Positions 25,156-35,478 of a stretch of DNA of 39,320 nt are shown here, piece by piece. Position 1 is the stretch's first letter; every line of letters begins with the position of its first letter. A program made the translations under genes and the position numbers. The notes beneath the pieces are model-generated. The model ran no database searches. It had not been told where the DNA came from and was given only the letters and a program-made list of their open reading frames with translations. This DNA comes from a virus: positions 1 through 39,320 of IMG/VR virus record IMGVR_UViG_3300045988_148041, one strand, 5' to 3'.

Positions 25156-25197
25156 CCGTACAACGTACTATAGTAAATACTATGATTTGTTGTACGG
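25156..25197. other. nested palindrome next to the recombinase start: candidate recombination core (att, lox or dif-like) or operator
   Basis: CCGTACAAC-[GTACTATAGTAAATACTATGATTT]-GTTGTACGG. 9-bp perfect arms. The inner TACTATAGTA is a 10-bp palindrome. Direct repeat of TACTAT. Confidence 0.45.
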
Positions 25198-25231
25198 AAA
25201 GTTGCCATTAAAATCTATTTTTTAGTAACTT

Positions 25232-28200
25232 TTATTCTACTAATTCGCGAGCATCCATTAATGAGATTAATTCGTCATACTCTTCTTGCGTTAATTGCCC
25301 TGCTTCTAAATAACGTTTTAATTGGTATTCCATTTTTGAACGCTCATAACGCCCACCTAAGATTAATGTTTTTGCTTGTAAAAATCTACTCATAACATCA
25401 GCCTCCTTTAATTTGAATGTAGCCATCATAGGCACATCTAAAACCATTTCAATTTCAAACAATCTAAAGTCAATATCCCATTGATTAGATAATAAATCCA
25501 TGTCACCATCCACACGGTATTGATTTGCTTCAATTAACCCATCTTTTAATGCTTCATTTTCAGATTCTAACGCTTGGATCGTGTTGCGTTGCTGTGCGAT
25601 CGTTGCTTGCACGTCAGTTGGTACTTTAACGGATAGCGTTGGGACTAATGAACCTTCTTCACTACTACATGAGTAATGAGTTGTACCGTCGTATGAATAA
25701 ACAACGTTGTCGCTTAAATCAACTGTTTTATTGACTTCTTGTTCAAGAACGTATCTTACTGTAATCGGATTTTCGGAAAAATACGCCTTTAATTGAGAAA
25801 CATCCATCTGAACTTTATCATTAGAAATAAAAATGACAACATCATTTGTGGAAACATATAAATGTTCTGCATCAAGCGTATAGTTTGCTATTGATTGGAT
25901 TTTATCACATATAGCATTAGAATTGCCTTTTCCTCTGTAAGGAAGGGGTATATAATATCGTGATGTATTTCCCAAGTTTTCACTATATACAATATTTTGA
26001 CTACCATCAATAACAAATTCATGTGTAATTTGTTTCACATTCTTATTAATAATATCTAACGTGTCATATATATTTCCAACACTACCTAAAACTAATTCAC
26101 TTGGAGTAGATAAAATGTTTGATTTAAAGCTCTCGAATGAGGTGGCAACTGGACTTTCTTCGAGTTGTGCGACTTCTAAATCTAAATAAGCACCCCTATT
26201 AAAATTGTACGAACCACTAATATAATCAATCGTTTTATCTTTTTCAGATGTTATAGTAAATAAACTTCCTTGCTCTACGTTATTCGCAGTTCTTGTTCCA
26301 TCAGTATAATAAAAATTAAAATTAACTTTCATAGAATTGTTTTCATCATCACGATAAATTTTCCCTGTAAAGGTGTATCGAGTATTTTCTTTAAACTTAC
26401 TGTGATATTTGAAATTAGTCCCACCATCAGTATAACGGTAAACAGATTTACCATTAAAAGTTGCAAATTCACCACCACTTAATTTTGTTTTATCAAACAA
26501 ATTCTTCCCAGTAGTCGTTAAAACAGGCATTCTAACGCTCTGCATACCCTCAAAATAAGGAATGTCCCAATTTTCCATACCTTCTTGATATTGTAATATC
26601 GTTACTGCCCTACTTAAATCGTCCTCACTTGTCCAACCATCACTAAATTTACATAAAAACTGATAGAAGAATCTATTATCTTCAAGTTCAACTTTAAGAT
26701 AACTATCACCTTCTAAATAAAGAATGTCCGCGTAAATAGTTGGTTCTATTTGGTAAACACCTATCGTAATCCTGTGTGGTGTATTGTTTTTAATGAAATA
26801 GATACCTTCAGAATACAATGAACTAACTGTATTATTAGCCCATATTTTTTCATCATCAACTTCTTGTCCTCTTATTTTATAGTGATTCACTAACGTATTA
26901 CCCTTTAAAATCGCACTTTTAGTGTGCCCCTCAATGGAATTGTTAGCTGTGATGTGTTGACCTTCGTAATCTAAGTAATTAAATTCACCGATAGCCGTTT
27001 TTACAGCATAATCAACATTAGCATTAGCCGCTTGGCGCATATTCTCATGAGTATTCCCCATGTAGTCTATACGCATATCTGCAACCTCTTCCGCGCTACC
27101 TTCTAAAATTTCTAACGCTGCATCTGTGCGTTTTTCGATATCTGAGACTACCTGTTCACCACGAGTTAGGAATTCTTCAGTTCGTTGCTCAATCTCGATA
27201 ACCGTTTGTTCTCCGCGTGTTAGAAACTCTTCTACTTTAGCATCGCGTGTTGCTTCTTTTTGCACGCGTAATTCTTCATTGGCAATGCGTGTATTTTCAT
27301 TTGTGATACGCTTTGACTCGTTATCTTTTCTTAATTCCTCGTTTTGATTGCGAGTTAATTCTGCTTGGTTATATGCTGTGTAACGTTCTTTTTCAGCCGT
27401 TGCATATGTTTCTTGACGAATTGTTTCAGCATCGCCAAAATCTGCATTTCGTTGAGTTTCACAATCTTCATATAACTTGTTGCGATTAGCTTCTGCTTTG
27501 GTATAGCTTTGATCGCGTAATAACTCAGCGTTAACGCGTTGCTGTTCTGCTACTTGACGTGCATCTTCAGCTTTTTGGCGTTCTTTTTCTTTTTCATTAA
27601 AACGAGTATATGTAGCTTCACGGTTATCTTCCTGAGCTTGGCGATTAGCTTCTGCATTGATACGATTTTCTTCGTTATTCACGCGTTCTAATTCCTGAAT
27701 TAAGCGATTATTTTCAGATGCTAAACGAATAATTTCATTTTTCTCAAACTCACCGAATTTATTAATACGTGCATTTTCATTAGCTACGCGTTTATTTTCT
27801 TGTAAGTTGCGCACACCTTCATTTGCTTCAAACGTTTCATTGCGGTTTTGTTCTGCTAAGATGCGCGAATTTTCATTTGAAATGCGTGTTTGCTCTGCGA
27901 TTTTGCGGTTTGTCTCATTGACCATGCGAGTTTCTTCATTCGCTTGGCGTTCTTCTTCCGATGGAACCGCAGTCTCGTATAATGCGATGCGCATTTCTTC
28001 ATTAACTTGGCGGATCGCTTCGGCATTTGCACGCGCCGTTTCTTTAGTGACACGAACTAATTCGTCCTGTTTGCGTTTCGCTTCCTCAATTTTAATATCC
28101 TCGTTTGTCGCGACTACTTCGGTATTGATTTGTTCTATTTGTTGCTCATAGTCTCTTAAGTTAGCAACCACCACATCTAAATCATCTAATGTGTCAATTT

Positions 28201-28576
28201 TGCGAATACTTTCTACAATGTTACCTTCTAACGATTTGCCGACAACGAATGAAAAAATACAAGTGCTTACGCGCCCATTATCTTTAACCACGAGTTGCAT
28301 ATCTAACACACCATCTTTAGTCGCGAATTGTTCATCCAACGCAACTTTAACCGTGTGTTCTGTTAACGATAAAACCTCGAAGCCTTCCGTTTGACGAACT
28401 TCATTTTTATCCATTTTAACCCCAATTAATTCGAAAGTCGGTTGTTCCCATGCCTCACCAACATCACCGTTAGTTAGCACTTTAATTTCCAATTCAACAT
28501 TATCTAGCATGTTAAATTTTCCGAAGCACTGGTTATTAAGTTGTGTATCAACGTTATTTTTAATATACTGTTTCAT
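25232..28576 (-). CDS. tail fibre / baseplate upper protein (BppU-like N-terminus, long coiled-coil, C-terminal receptor-binding region)
   Basis: 1114 aa. N-terminus resembles BppU_N. The central region is a heptad-like run rich in NE/R/A residues (NENTRIANEELR...). C-terminal beta-rich domain. Confidence 0.6.
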   Translation of the reverse strand: MKQYIKNNVDTQLNNQCFGKFNMLDNVELEIKVLTNGDVGEAWEQPTFELIGVKMDKNEVRQTEGFEVLSLTEHTVKVALDEQFATKDGVLDMQLVVKDNGRVSTCIFSFVVGKSLEGNIVESIRKIDTLDDLDVVVANLRDYEQQIEQINTEVVATNEDIKIEEAKRKQDELVRVTKETARANAEAIRQVNEEMRIALYETAVPSEEERQANEETRMVNETNRKIAEQTRISNENSRILAEQNRNETFEANEGVRNLQENKRVANENARINKFGEFEKNEIIRLASENNRLIQELERVNNEENRINAEANRQAQEDNREATYTRFNEKEKERQKAEDARQVAEQQRVNAELLRDQSYTKAEANRNKLYEDCETQRNADFGDAETIRQETYATAEKERYTAYNQAELTRNQNEELRKDNESKRITNENTRIANEELRVQKEATRDAKVEEFLTRGEQTVIEIEQRTEEFLTRGEQVVSDIEKRTDAALEILEGSAEEVADMRIDYMGNTHENMRQAANANVDYAVKTAIGEFNYLDYEGQHITANNSIEGHTKSAILKGNTLVNHYKIRGQEVDDEKIWANNTVSSLYSEGIYFIKNNTPHRITIGVYQIEPTIYADILYLEGDSYLKVELEDNRFFYQFLCKFSDGWTSEDDLSRAVTILQYQEGMENWDIPYFEGMQSVRMPVLTTTGKNLFDKTKLSGGEFATFNGKSVYRYTDGGTNFKYHSKFKENTRYTFTGKIYRDDENNSMKVNFNFYYTDGTRTANNVEQGSLFTITSEKDKTIDYISGSYNFNRGAYLDLEVAQLEESPVATSFESFKSNILSTPSELVLGSVGNIYDTLDIINKNVKQITHEFVIDGSQNIVYSENLGNTSRYYIPLPYRGKGNSNAICDKIQSIANYTLDAEHLYVSTNDVVIFISNDKVQMDVSQLKAYFSENPITVRYVLEQEVNKTVDLSDNVVYSYDGTTHYSCSSEEGSLVPTLSVKVPTDVQATIAQQRNTIQALESENEALKDGLIEANQYRVDGDMDLLSNQWDIDFRLFEIEMVLDVPMMATFKLKEADVMSRFLQAKTLILGGRYERSKMEYQLKRYLEAGQLTQEEYDELISLMDARELVE

Positions 28577-28624
28577 CGTTATTCACCACTTTCTCTAATG
28601 TTCTTACCCATTAAAAAATAAATT

Positions 28625-29122
28625 CTATAGTTCCCACTCAGTGATTTCGAAGTGGAGGTTCTTAACGCGAATTGCGTTAGATGTAGCGTTAGTCGCCCAA
28701 AATCGCACTTTAACTGCGTTGTAGTAGGTTGATGTGTTGCCACTTGTTAAGGTCTGCGTTTGGTCTGTATTCCCTGTGTAGTTCTGATCTATGGTGCTAG
28801 AATTTAACAAAGTCCAAGAACTACCGCTATTTGTACTGCCGTAAATCTCTACGTGCATTGTTCGAGGGTTAATCCCACCATCAACAGCTTTCCATTGTTT
28901 CCCCCACACAAACTTTCTAAATTTATATTTGTCACCAAATACCTTTGTAAACTCTTTAACCTCGTCGCCGCGCTCTGTGTAGCTTTGAGATAATAAATAG
29001 TTTTCTAATCGGCCTGTAAAAATAGCGCTATAAACTAATTGAGTGCCGTAGTATACCTTTTTGACTAATTGAGTGCCGTAGTATACTTTTTGTGATTTGT
29101 TGTTACCGTAATAAGCCGTCAT
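28625..29122 (-). CDS. tail / baseplate structural protein
   Basis: Lies inside the tail module. Contains an internal 30-bp duplication (KVYYGTQLVK x2). Confidence 0.4.
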   Translation of the reverse strand: MTAYYGNNKSQKVYYGTQLVKKVYYGTQLVYSAIFTGRLENYLLSQSYTERGDEVKEFTKVFGDKYKFRKFVWGKQWKAVDGGINPRTMHVEIYGSTNSGSSWTLLNSSTIDQNYTGNTDQTQTLTSGNTSTYYNAVKVRFWATNATSNAIRVKNLHFEITEWEL

Positions 29123-29130
29123 GTCTACAC

Positions 29131-29436
29131 CTACCAACTAAATGTGATATACCCACTAGCGCCTGTTAAACCTGCACCACCTCGAACTTGCATATTATTG
29201 ATTTTTGTTGAATTAGTCGATGTTGTGGCACTGTCAGCGTTAACAGAACTTAACACTTTTACGTCATTACCGTTATGAGTGATACGCCCTGTTGATGAAT
29301 TATAGCCAAATGATGCTGAGGCGTGAGTTTTGTCTAGCTTTCCATCATCTAACGCCTTGATACCTTCATCCATATTGTTTAGATTTTCTACATTAATCGG
29401 TGTATTTTCCTGCCAATTCACTTTTGTATAAGCCAT
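29131..29436 (-). CDS. tail / baseplate structural protein (Ser/Thr/Gly-rich)
   Basis: 101 aa in the tail module. Confidence 0.4.
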   Translation of the reverse strand: MAYTKVNWQENTPINVENLNNMDEGIKALDDGKLDKTHASASFGYNSSTGRITHNGNDVKVLSSVNADSATTSTNSTKINNMQVRGGAGLTGASGYITFSW

Positions 29437-29439
29437 GTC

Positions 29440-31176
29440 TTACCACCCCTTTGTGTCTGTTCTTGAAATTTGCACGCCTTCAATTTGCGTTTTGCTGATC
29501 GCTAACTCATTTTCATCAATTAGAACGCCAGTTCCAATCCCAAAAGTAGCATTACGCCCACCATAGAATCGAACTTTCGCCCATTCTCCTACGGCATCAT
29601 ATGGATCAATATAGAAATATGTGTGGATAGCGTCTCTTGTTGGGTCTGTCTGCACACTCTTAATATTCCGGACTAACACTTTCCCGTTAGTGTCGATGAC
29701 TTCTATAAATGTCACGCGGTCATCGGGATTAAACATCGGTGTACGCCCATCTGCAAGTGTTGCCCCATCCATTGGGAATAAAGTTTTATAAATGTTTGGA
29801 TTGTCCGATAGAATCCAAGTTTTAGAGAACGAATAATTTAAAACCACTGTTTCTGTCTCTGAAACGTCTTGAAGCGCCATCGTTGGCTTGTGTTGTAGCC
29901 CTTTACCGAATGATCGTGTCCATGAGTCGCACAATGGACCTTTGACAGCTGTAATCTTGTACCAAATGGTTGTGACATCATCTGTAATGTCGATTTTATC
30001 AATGATATAGTCGGTATCTTTCAACTCATCCACTTCAAACGCCACTTTATCGCCCGTTTTAAAGCGATTTGAGCGTGTTGTAAATGTCACTTGATAAGAA
30101 TTACCGCAATACTTAGAAAGCCGCCCTGTGGCTGTAGAAATAGCCGCAGCGAGGTCATTGATTTCCGTCTCTGTGTCACATTCTTCAATCAACCCAGTTC
30201 CTGCTCCTAATTGGTACAGGCGGTTAATCTCTGCCCTTGAATCTGTGATGGCTACGATTGGATAAATCCCTTGATATTCAACTCGTAGCGTAGATGAAGC
30301 CGTTAATGGCGTGTGACTAGGGTTTTGAAGGATAACGGCGTCGTTTTTCTCGTAATACCACTTTGCCGACTCGTTATAACCCTTTAATACGATGTCATCT
30401 TCTGCAATGTATGCTCCGTTGACGTAGATTTTAGGTTTATCCGCTAATCTGTACCCAAGTGTGAATGATTGGGTTGAACCATCGCCTTTGAAAGTTTGAT
30501 TAATCGTATTTGTGACCGCGTTAGCACCTTTGATGTATTGTTTGTTGCGGTACTGGTTGTTTTTATTGGTTACTGTTAACGAATTTAATATCACATCAGC
30601 ATCCGTTACAATTAATTCATCTAATTGCTCCGCTTGAGTAGGGTTAATGAAGTGTAATTGACCCAAATAATCTACATACCACACGAACCCTGCGATCTCT
30701 GCTAGTTGGTTCATGATTTCGCTACATTTTTTATAACTAAACGAGATAGCCGTGACGTTATACCCGTCCTCAATCACTCCAACCGTGATAGATTCTTCCT
30801 CTAACACTTCTGAAATCATTTGTCTGACGATATTACCACACGTTTCATTCACAAACCCTCGTGTCCAAATACGCTTGTCTACGAAGTAGTGCATATCGCT
30901 GCAATTAATCGATTGAAGGCGGACGTTTTGGTTGTAATAGTCCTTGTATTTCACATCGTTAACGACACCGTTAAAATACACGGTCATTTCTTCCGTTTCT
31001 TCATCTAGCTCATAAAGAGATACCGTCATCCCTTTCTCGCAAAGACAATAGAAATCGGTTTTTAATTGGAACGAACAAGTGCTGCGCTCGTTGAGTTGTT
31101 CTGTAATGCTTAATGAATTTTCCATTAAGTTGTCGGTGTAATAGTTATCACCGATCATCACAATCAATTTTTTCAC
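29440..31176 (-). CDS. distal tail protein (Dit/Tal-like tail tip component)
   Basis: 578 aa, immediately downstream of the tape measure gene. Confidence 0.5.
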   Translation of the reverse strand: MKKLIVMIGDNYYTDNLMENSLSITEQLNERSTCSFQLKTDFYCLCEKGMTVSLYELDEETEEMTVYFNGVVNDVKYKDYYNQNVRLQSINCSDMHYFVDKRIWTRGFVNETCGNIVRQMISEVLEEESITVGVIEDGYNVTAISFSYKKCSEIMNQLAEIAGFVWYVDYLGQLHFINPTQAEQLDELIVTDADVILNSLTVTNKNNQYRNKQYIKGANAVTNTINQTFKGDGSTQSFTLGYRLADKPKIYVNGAYIAEDDIVLKGYNESAKWYYEKNDAVILQNPSHTPLTASSTLRVEYQGIYPIVAITDSRAEINRLYQLGAGTGLIEECDTETEINDLAAAISTATGRLSKYCGNSYQVTFTTRSNRFKTGDKVAFEVDELKDTDYIIDKIDITDDVTTIWYKITAVKGPLCDSWTRSFGKGLQHKPTMALQDVSETETVVLNYSFSKTWILSDNPNIYKTLFPMDGATLADGRTPMFNPDDRVTFIEVIDTNGKVLVRNIKSVQTDPTRDAIHTYFYIDPYDAVGEWAKVRFYGGRNATFGIGTGVLIDENELAISKTQIEGVQISRTDTKGW

Positions 31177-31187
31177 TATTACACCTC

Positions 31188-33092
31188 CTATAATGCAAAT
31201 CCTGTGCGAAGTCTAATCGTATCCATTAAAGGCTCACCGATGGCTCTCGCGATGGTATAACCATCTAACTCAACGATGATATTCGCTGTTTGGTTCATTT
31301 GTGGTTGGTCTTCTAAACCTAGTAAAGAAGGTAATCTATCAATCGGAAGAACGGCTTCCATTTTATTTCCGCCACCTTTAATCGCATCACCAACCCCGAC
31401 GCCGCCCGGTAAGACTGTTCGTTTGGTGAAAATACCACCATTTGAATACCAGTCGACACCGAATTTCGGAATACTTGGTGGGTTTAATGAGAAACTACCT
31501 GAAACAGTGAAGTGAGGAAGTTTGATTTTAGGTAACGACCATTCAAAATCAAAGAAACTTTTCAATTTCTCTACGCCTTTTTTGACGAGGTCCTTAATGT
31601 CTTCAATGATATTAAAGAACCCTTCTTTTAAAGCTGTTAACTTCTCAACAGCAACGCTCTTAGCCGTCTCAATTCCTGTTGAGATTTTTTCTTTTGTATC
31701 TTCCATCCAGTTTTTAATGATAGTTTTTATGTACTCAACATAGGATTGAAGACCTTTTGAAATGTTTTCCCATGTTTTCTGAATGTTCTCACCGAGAATG
31801 CGACAAGCTGCTTTGACTTCATCCCATGAAGCGATTAACGCCACGCAGATTCCGATAACTACGGCAATGGCTGCGATAACAACCCACAAAGGAACGTTTA
31901 ATGCTATTGCTGCTGCGGTTAATACCCCTGTTACAAAGGCTGCTGCACCCGCCACTACTTCATAAGCACCCAACGCCATCGTGAATGCGCCCCACAATAC
32001 ATTCCCTAAAGTCATCCCGACATTGATCCCGGTAATTAAGCCACCGACTATTAAAAGAGTGTTAGATAATGGGGTTAGTTTGCCGTCTGCATCGATAAAC
32101 CATTCACCTAGTTGTCGTACATGGTCTCCCATTTCTTTAATAGATAAAACAAACTCTCCCCATTCAGGTTTTCCAAGCGTGTTGAAGAAAACTTGGATGG
32201 CATAGTCTAAGTCGCCTGTTTTTTCGATGACTTGATCAAAACGTTCTTTAGCTAAATCAAATTTATCAACGATTTTTTGCGTTTCATCAACTAACCCCAA
32301 TAATTTTTCCAATAAGGGTTGGAAAATTGGGATTAACTTCTCGCCGATTGATCCTGCTAATTCGAAGGCTTTAGTCTTTAGAAGGTTCATTTTAACGGCC
32401 CAACTGTCAGACTCACTCGCTGCAAAGCCTGTTAAATGCGCCCCACGTTCTAACATAGTGTTGTAAATGGCTTGTGTCTTCTCACCCATCGTCATTTTTT
32501 GAGTGGTTTTGCCTAATGACTTGGCATATTCACTCTCATTGATGATGGCATCAGACATTTCAATGTTTAACTTTCCTAACGCTTCATAGTTACCCATCGC
32601 AGCGCTTGAAATAGCCGCCATAGCTTCATCCATGCCAACGTTAGCAAAGGCTGCACCGTCTGCGGTTAATTGCATCATTAACGGGATCATTTCGTTGATT
32701 TCATCGGCTGTCATCCCCATTGAGTTCATGAACGAACCCATTTTGGCTGCACCGTCTTGATATTGTTTAGCTGTCATCCCCATTGCCTGAGCTTGTTGAG
32801 AATGCGATTTAATCAGGCTCTGTGTGCTATCATCTAAGCGACCCAATAAGAACTCCGTCTGTGCGACTTGTTCTGAATACTTAGCCCCGACCGCAATAAG
32901 CCCACCGACTGCCGTAGCACACGCTGTTGTGGCGATGGTAGCAGCTTTTAACCCAACTTTCATGACGTTAGTAGCCGTTTTGAAGGTTTTACCGATTTTA
33001 TTTGTTTCTTTTTGGATAGTCGATAGCCCTTTTTCGAATGAATCGGTTGCTAACGTAATCCTAACCTTTAAATCATCTAATTTTTGTGACAT
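31188..33092 (-). CDS. tail tape measure protein
   Basis: 634 aa. Ala/Gly-rich helical N-terminus, hydrophobic central TM-like segments (LLIVGGLITGINVGMTLGNVLWGAF...), and a C-terminal region. Confidence 0.75.
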   Translation of the reverse strand: MSQKLDDLKVRITLATDSFEKGLSTIQKETNKIGKTFKTATNVMKVGLKAATIATTACATAVGGLIAVGAKYSEQVAQTEFLLGRLDDSTQSLIKSHSQQAQAMGMTAKQYQDGAAKMGSFMNSMGMTADEINEMIPLMMQLTADGAAFANVGMDEAMAAISSAAMGNYEALGKLNIEMSDAIINESEYAKSLGKTTQKMTMGEKTQAIYNTMLERGAHLTGFAASESDSWAVKMNLLKTKAFELAGSIGEKLIPIFQPLLEKLLGLVDETQKIVDKFDLAKERFDQVIEKTGDLDYAIQVFFNTLGKPEWGEFVLSIKEMGDHVRQLGEWFIDADGKLTPLSNTLLIVGGLITGINVGMTLGNVLWGAFTMALGAYEVVAGAAAFVTGVLTAAAIALNVPLWVVIAAIAVVIGICVALIASWDEVKAACRILGENIQKTWENISKGLQSYVEYIKTIIKNWMEDTKEKISTGIETAKSVAVEKLTALKEGFFNIIEDIKDLVKKGVEKLKSFFDFEWSLPKIKLPHFTVSGSFSLNPPSIPKFGVDWYSNGGIFTKRTVLPGGVGVGDAIKGGGNKMEAVLPIDRLPSLLGLEDQPQMNQTANIIVELDGYTIARAIGEPLMDTIRLRTGFAL

Positions 33093-33096
33093 TTTC

Positions 33097-33749
33097 TCAC
33101 CTACTTTCTTTCATTGCATTTTGTAAGAAAGCCATTGTCTCGTCCTTTTGTTTCTTTGTGGCAGCCGTTTTGGTTGCTTTCTTCTCAAAAGGATGTTGAA
33201 TTTTGAACTTCTTTCCGCCGTATACAGCACCGCTTGAGTTGTAGGTAGCCATAAACATCAGTGAATAAAATTCCTCTTGTTGCTTCTCATGATTATTAAT
33301 CAATAAGATCGCTTCGTGTACCGTTAATTCAAAAAAAGTGGTGAGCGATATTTTAACATCTCCCACCAACTTACAAAATAATGTCTCGTAGAAGGTTTCG
33401 AATGGAATTACTTCATTTGCTTTCCCTTTGGTTTACCAGTTGAGGGCGTGTCTTTAATTCCTAATGATTTCGTTAATGAGTTTGTTAAAACGTTGGTGAA
33501 TACTTCGAAATCACCGTCATTTTCAATATAATCACTCATTAACTCTCCTGCATCTTCAACTGTTAAGACAGTCTCTTTATGAAATTTTTGTAGTCCATAA
33601 TAAAACAGCGCACGGATCATTGAAAAGTCCATCGTTGCTTCATTAAGTGCCATAACATTAATTCCATCTTTCGCCATTTTGCAGAACGTATTAATGTTAA
33701 ATTTAATTACATAGTCTTTGTCATTGATTTTGATTGTATCACCAAACAT
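33097..33749 (-). CDS. tail assembly chaperone G/GT pair joined by a programmed -1 frameshift
   Basis: G product is 33408-33749. Slippery heptamer G_GGA_AAG (plus-strand CTTTCCC at 33420-33426) lies 4 codons before the G stop. The -1 frame is open into 33097-33369 (..GKANEVIPFETFYETLFCKLVGDVKISLT..). Confidence 0.6.
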
Positions 33750-33774
33750 TTAAAAAACTCCTTCTATCGTCTTT

Positions 33775-34167
33775 TTATCCTTTTGTTAATGTTAAAGGTC
33801 CAGTACCTTCTAAGCTCACTGAGAATGATACTACGTCATCTTCTCCAGCTTCTTCGCTAATGCTTGTGATGACTGCTCTCCCTTTACGGTAGTATCCAGT
33901 CGAGTTCGATAATTCAACATCAATCACTGTGTCATTTTCGAATGCTGTGTAAGCTGCTGTTTGTCCTTCATCACTTACCCAAAATAAAGCATCGCAAGTT
34001 GTACTCCATGCTTTTTTCCCTGGAATTTTATCTGTCCAACCGTTTGAAGACTTTGTCGTCACTTCGATTGGTGAGTTATTCATTTCTAATGAAGCTGATT
34101 TTTGTCCTCCGATTACTTGAGAGCCGATTTTTAATAACACATCAACCGCTTTAATTTCTGCCGCCAT
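33775..34167 (-). CDS. major tail protein
   Basis: 130 aa. Sits immediately upstream of the chaperone pair. Confidence 0.6.
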   Translation of the reverse strand: MAAEIKAVDVLLKIGSQVIGGQKSASLEMNNSPIEVTTKSSNGWTDKIPGKKAWSTTCDALFWVSDEGQTAAYTAFENDTVIDVELSNSTGYYRKGRAVITSISEEAGEDDVVSFSVSLEGTGPLTLTKG

Positions 34168-34179
34168 GTTGTTACCTCC

Positions 34180-34533
34180 TTAATAAATTTTAAAATTAAT
34201 TTCAAGGATTCCATGTTGGATATGGTCCTCTTGTTGTGTTCTAAAGCTCCAACCATCAACGATGCACTGTTTATCGGCAACAAAAAAAGGCGCCGTCAGT
34301 ACGTCTGTTACTGCGTTCGCCATCGTTTTAACTTCTTTAGTCCCGTTATATGTGCTGTATAAATTGATTTGATAATACGCTCGGTATCCGTTTGAAGTTT
34401 TAGTATTTAAAGGTTCAGTCGTTGAGTATCCGATAGCTCCGTATGGGTAGGCTTCATCCTTAATTCCCTCATAAAATGGAAATTCTAGTGTCTCAAGCAG
34501 ACTGAATAAGGTTTTTTGGAGTTCTAAATCCAT
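34180..34533 (-). CDS. tail-completion / head-tail joining protein
   Basis: Position in the connector module. Confidence 0.45.
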   Translation of the reverse strand: MDLELQKTLFSLLETLEFPFYEGIKDEAYPYGAIGYSTTEPLNTKTSNGYRAYYQINLYSTYNGTKEVKTMANAVTDVLTAPFFVADKQCIVDGWSFRTQQEDHIQHGILEINFKIY

Positions 34534-34878
34534 CTATTTTCCCTCCAATATCTTTCCAATATTTTCGCGCATTTTATTTACGTTCTTATGATAGGCAGGT
34601 CTTAAAAAAGGCTTTTCGGACTGTTTGTAAGTCCCGTATTCAACATAAGGGGCATACTCGACATTTGTCCCAACAGTTCCTTCTAACTCACCCACATTTG
34701 AAGTGATAGACATTCTTAATCGTCCTGTATCTACAGGGCAATTTTTTTTAGCATCCGCTTCGATAGAACGAACGCATTTCGAAACCTCTTTTTGTAATCC
34801 TTGAACGGTTTCTTCACCATAGGCTTTGACACTTTCGATAAACTCGTCATAATCTAACGTAATCGTTGTATTAGCCAT
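34534..34878 (-). CDS. head-tail joining protein (HK97 gp10-like)
   Basis: Position in the connector module. Confidence 0.45.
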   Translation of the reverse strand: MANTTITLDYDEFIESVKAYGEETVQGLQKEVSKCVRSIEADAKKNCPVDTGRLRMSITSNVGELEGTVGTNVEYAPYVEYGTYKQSEKPFLRPAYHKNVNKMRENIGKILEGK

Positions 34879-35167
34879 GACGTTTCAACTCTAGCACCGA
34901 ACCTTTTGAATAGACAGGCTTCACCTTCTCAATGTTGTAGTATAGCCCCTCGTATTCAACGATCGCGTTACGGATTGAAATAGGCGTGTCGCTCACAAAT
35001 TTGGCAGTTGTTTCGATAGCCACTTTTGAGTTAGAGCTAGAAATTTCATCAGTCCCACCGACAAAATAGCCGCTCACCTCTTTGATGAAGTTAAAAACTA
35101 TATTAGAGCCACCATAACCATCACTAACGTAAGTTTTTTGAAGGAGTTTAACTTTTGTCTTCTGCAT
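34871..35167 (-). CDS. head closure / head-tail connector protein
   Basis: Position in the connector module. Confidence 0.45.
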   Translation of the reverse strand: MQKTKVKLLQKTYVSDGYGGSNIVFNFIKEVSGYFVGGTDEISSSNSKVAIETTAKFVSDTPISIRNAIVEYEGLYYNIEKVKPVYSKGSVLELKRHG

Positions 35168-35478
35168 TACAAAAACCTCAACTTTCTTCCATATGCCGAA
35201 GCATAACGATCAAGTGTCACTTTGTAAGGTTCTAGTACGTCTGCATAATTAAAGCTGATTCCATCAATCGACTCACTTGTTAGATGCTCAGACCCAACCA
35301 TGCGGAATTTTTTAATCGCAATGTCCTCACAAATCCACTGTAATTCAGTGGGAATGGTTGGAGAAGCGATATAAACTCTCACTGTGTCTTCTGCATCCTT
35401 TAAAAATGCGTTAATTTGTTTCATTTGTTCAACGGAAGGTGATAAAATTCCGATTTTAGTAAGTACGTTCTCAAACAT
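35167..35478 (-). CDS. head-tail connector (gp6-like) protein
   Basis: Position in the connector module. Confidence 0.45.
   Translation of the reverse strand: MFENVLTKIGILSPSVEQMKQINAFLKDAEDTVRVYIASPTIPTELQWICEDIAIKKFRMVGSEHLTSESIDGISFNYADVLEPYKVTLDRYASAYGRKLRFL

Noticed and set aside
27126-28394. Several plus-strand ORFs (73-114 aa) inside the 1114-aa tail fibre gene
   Set aside because: They are antisense to a long, well-supported CDS with repetitive coiled-coil coding. Their serine/arginine-rich low-complexity products are typical antisense artefacts.
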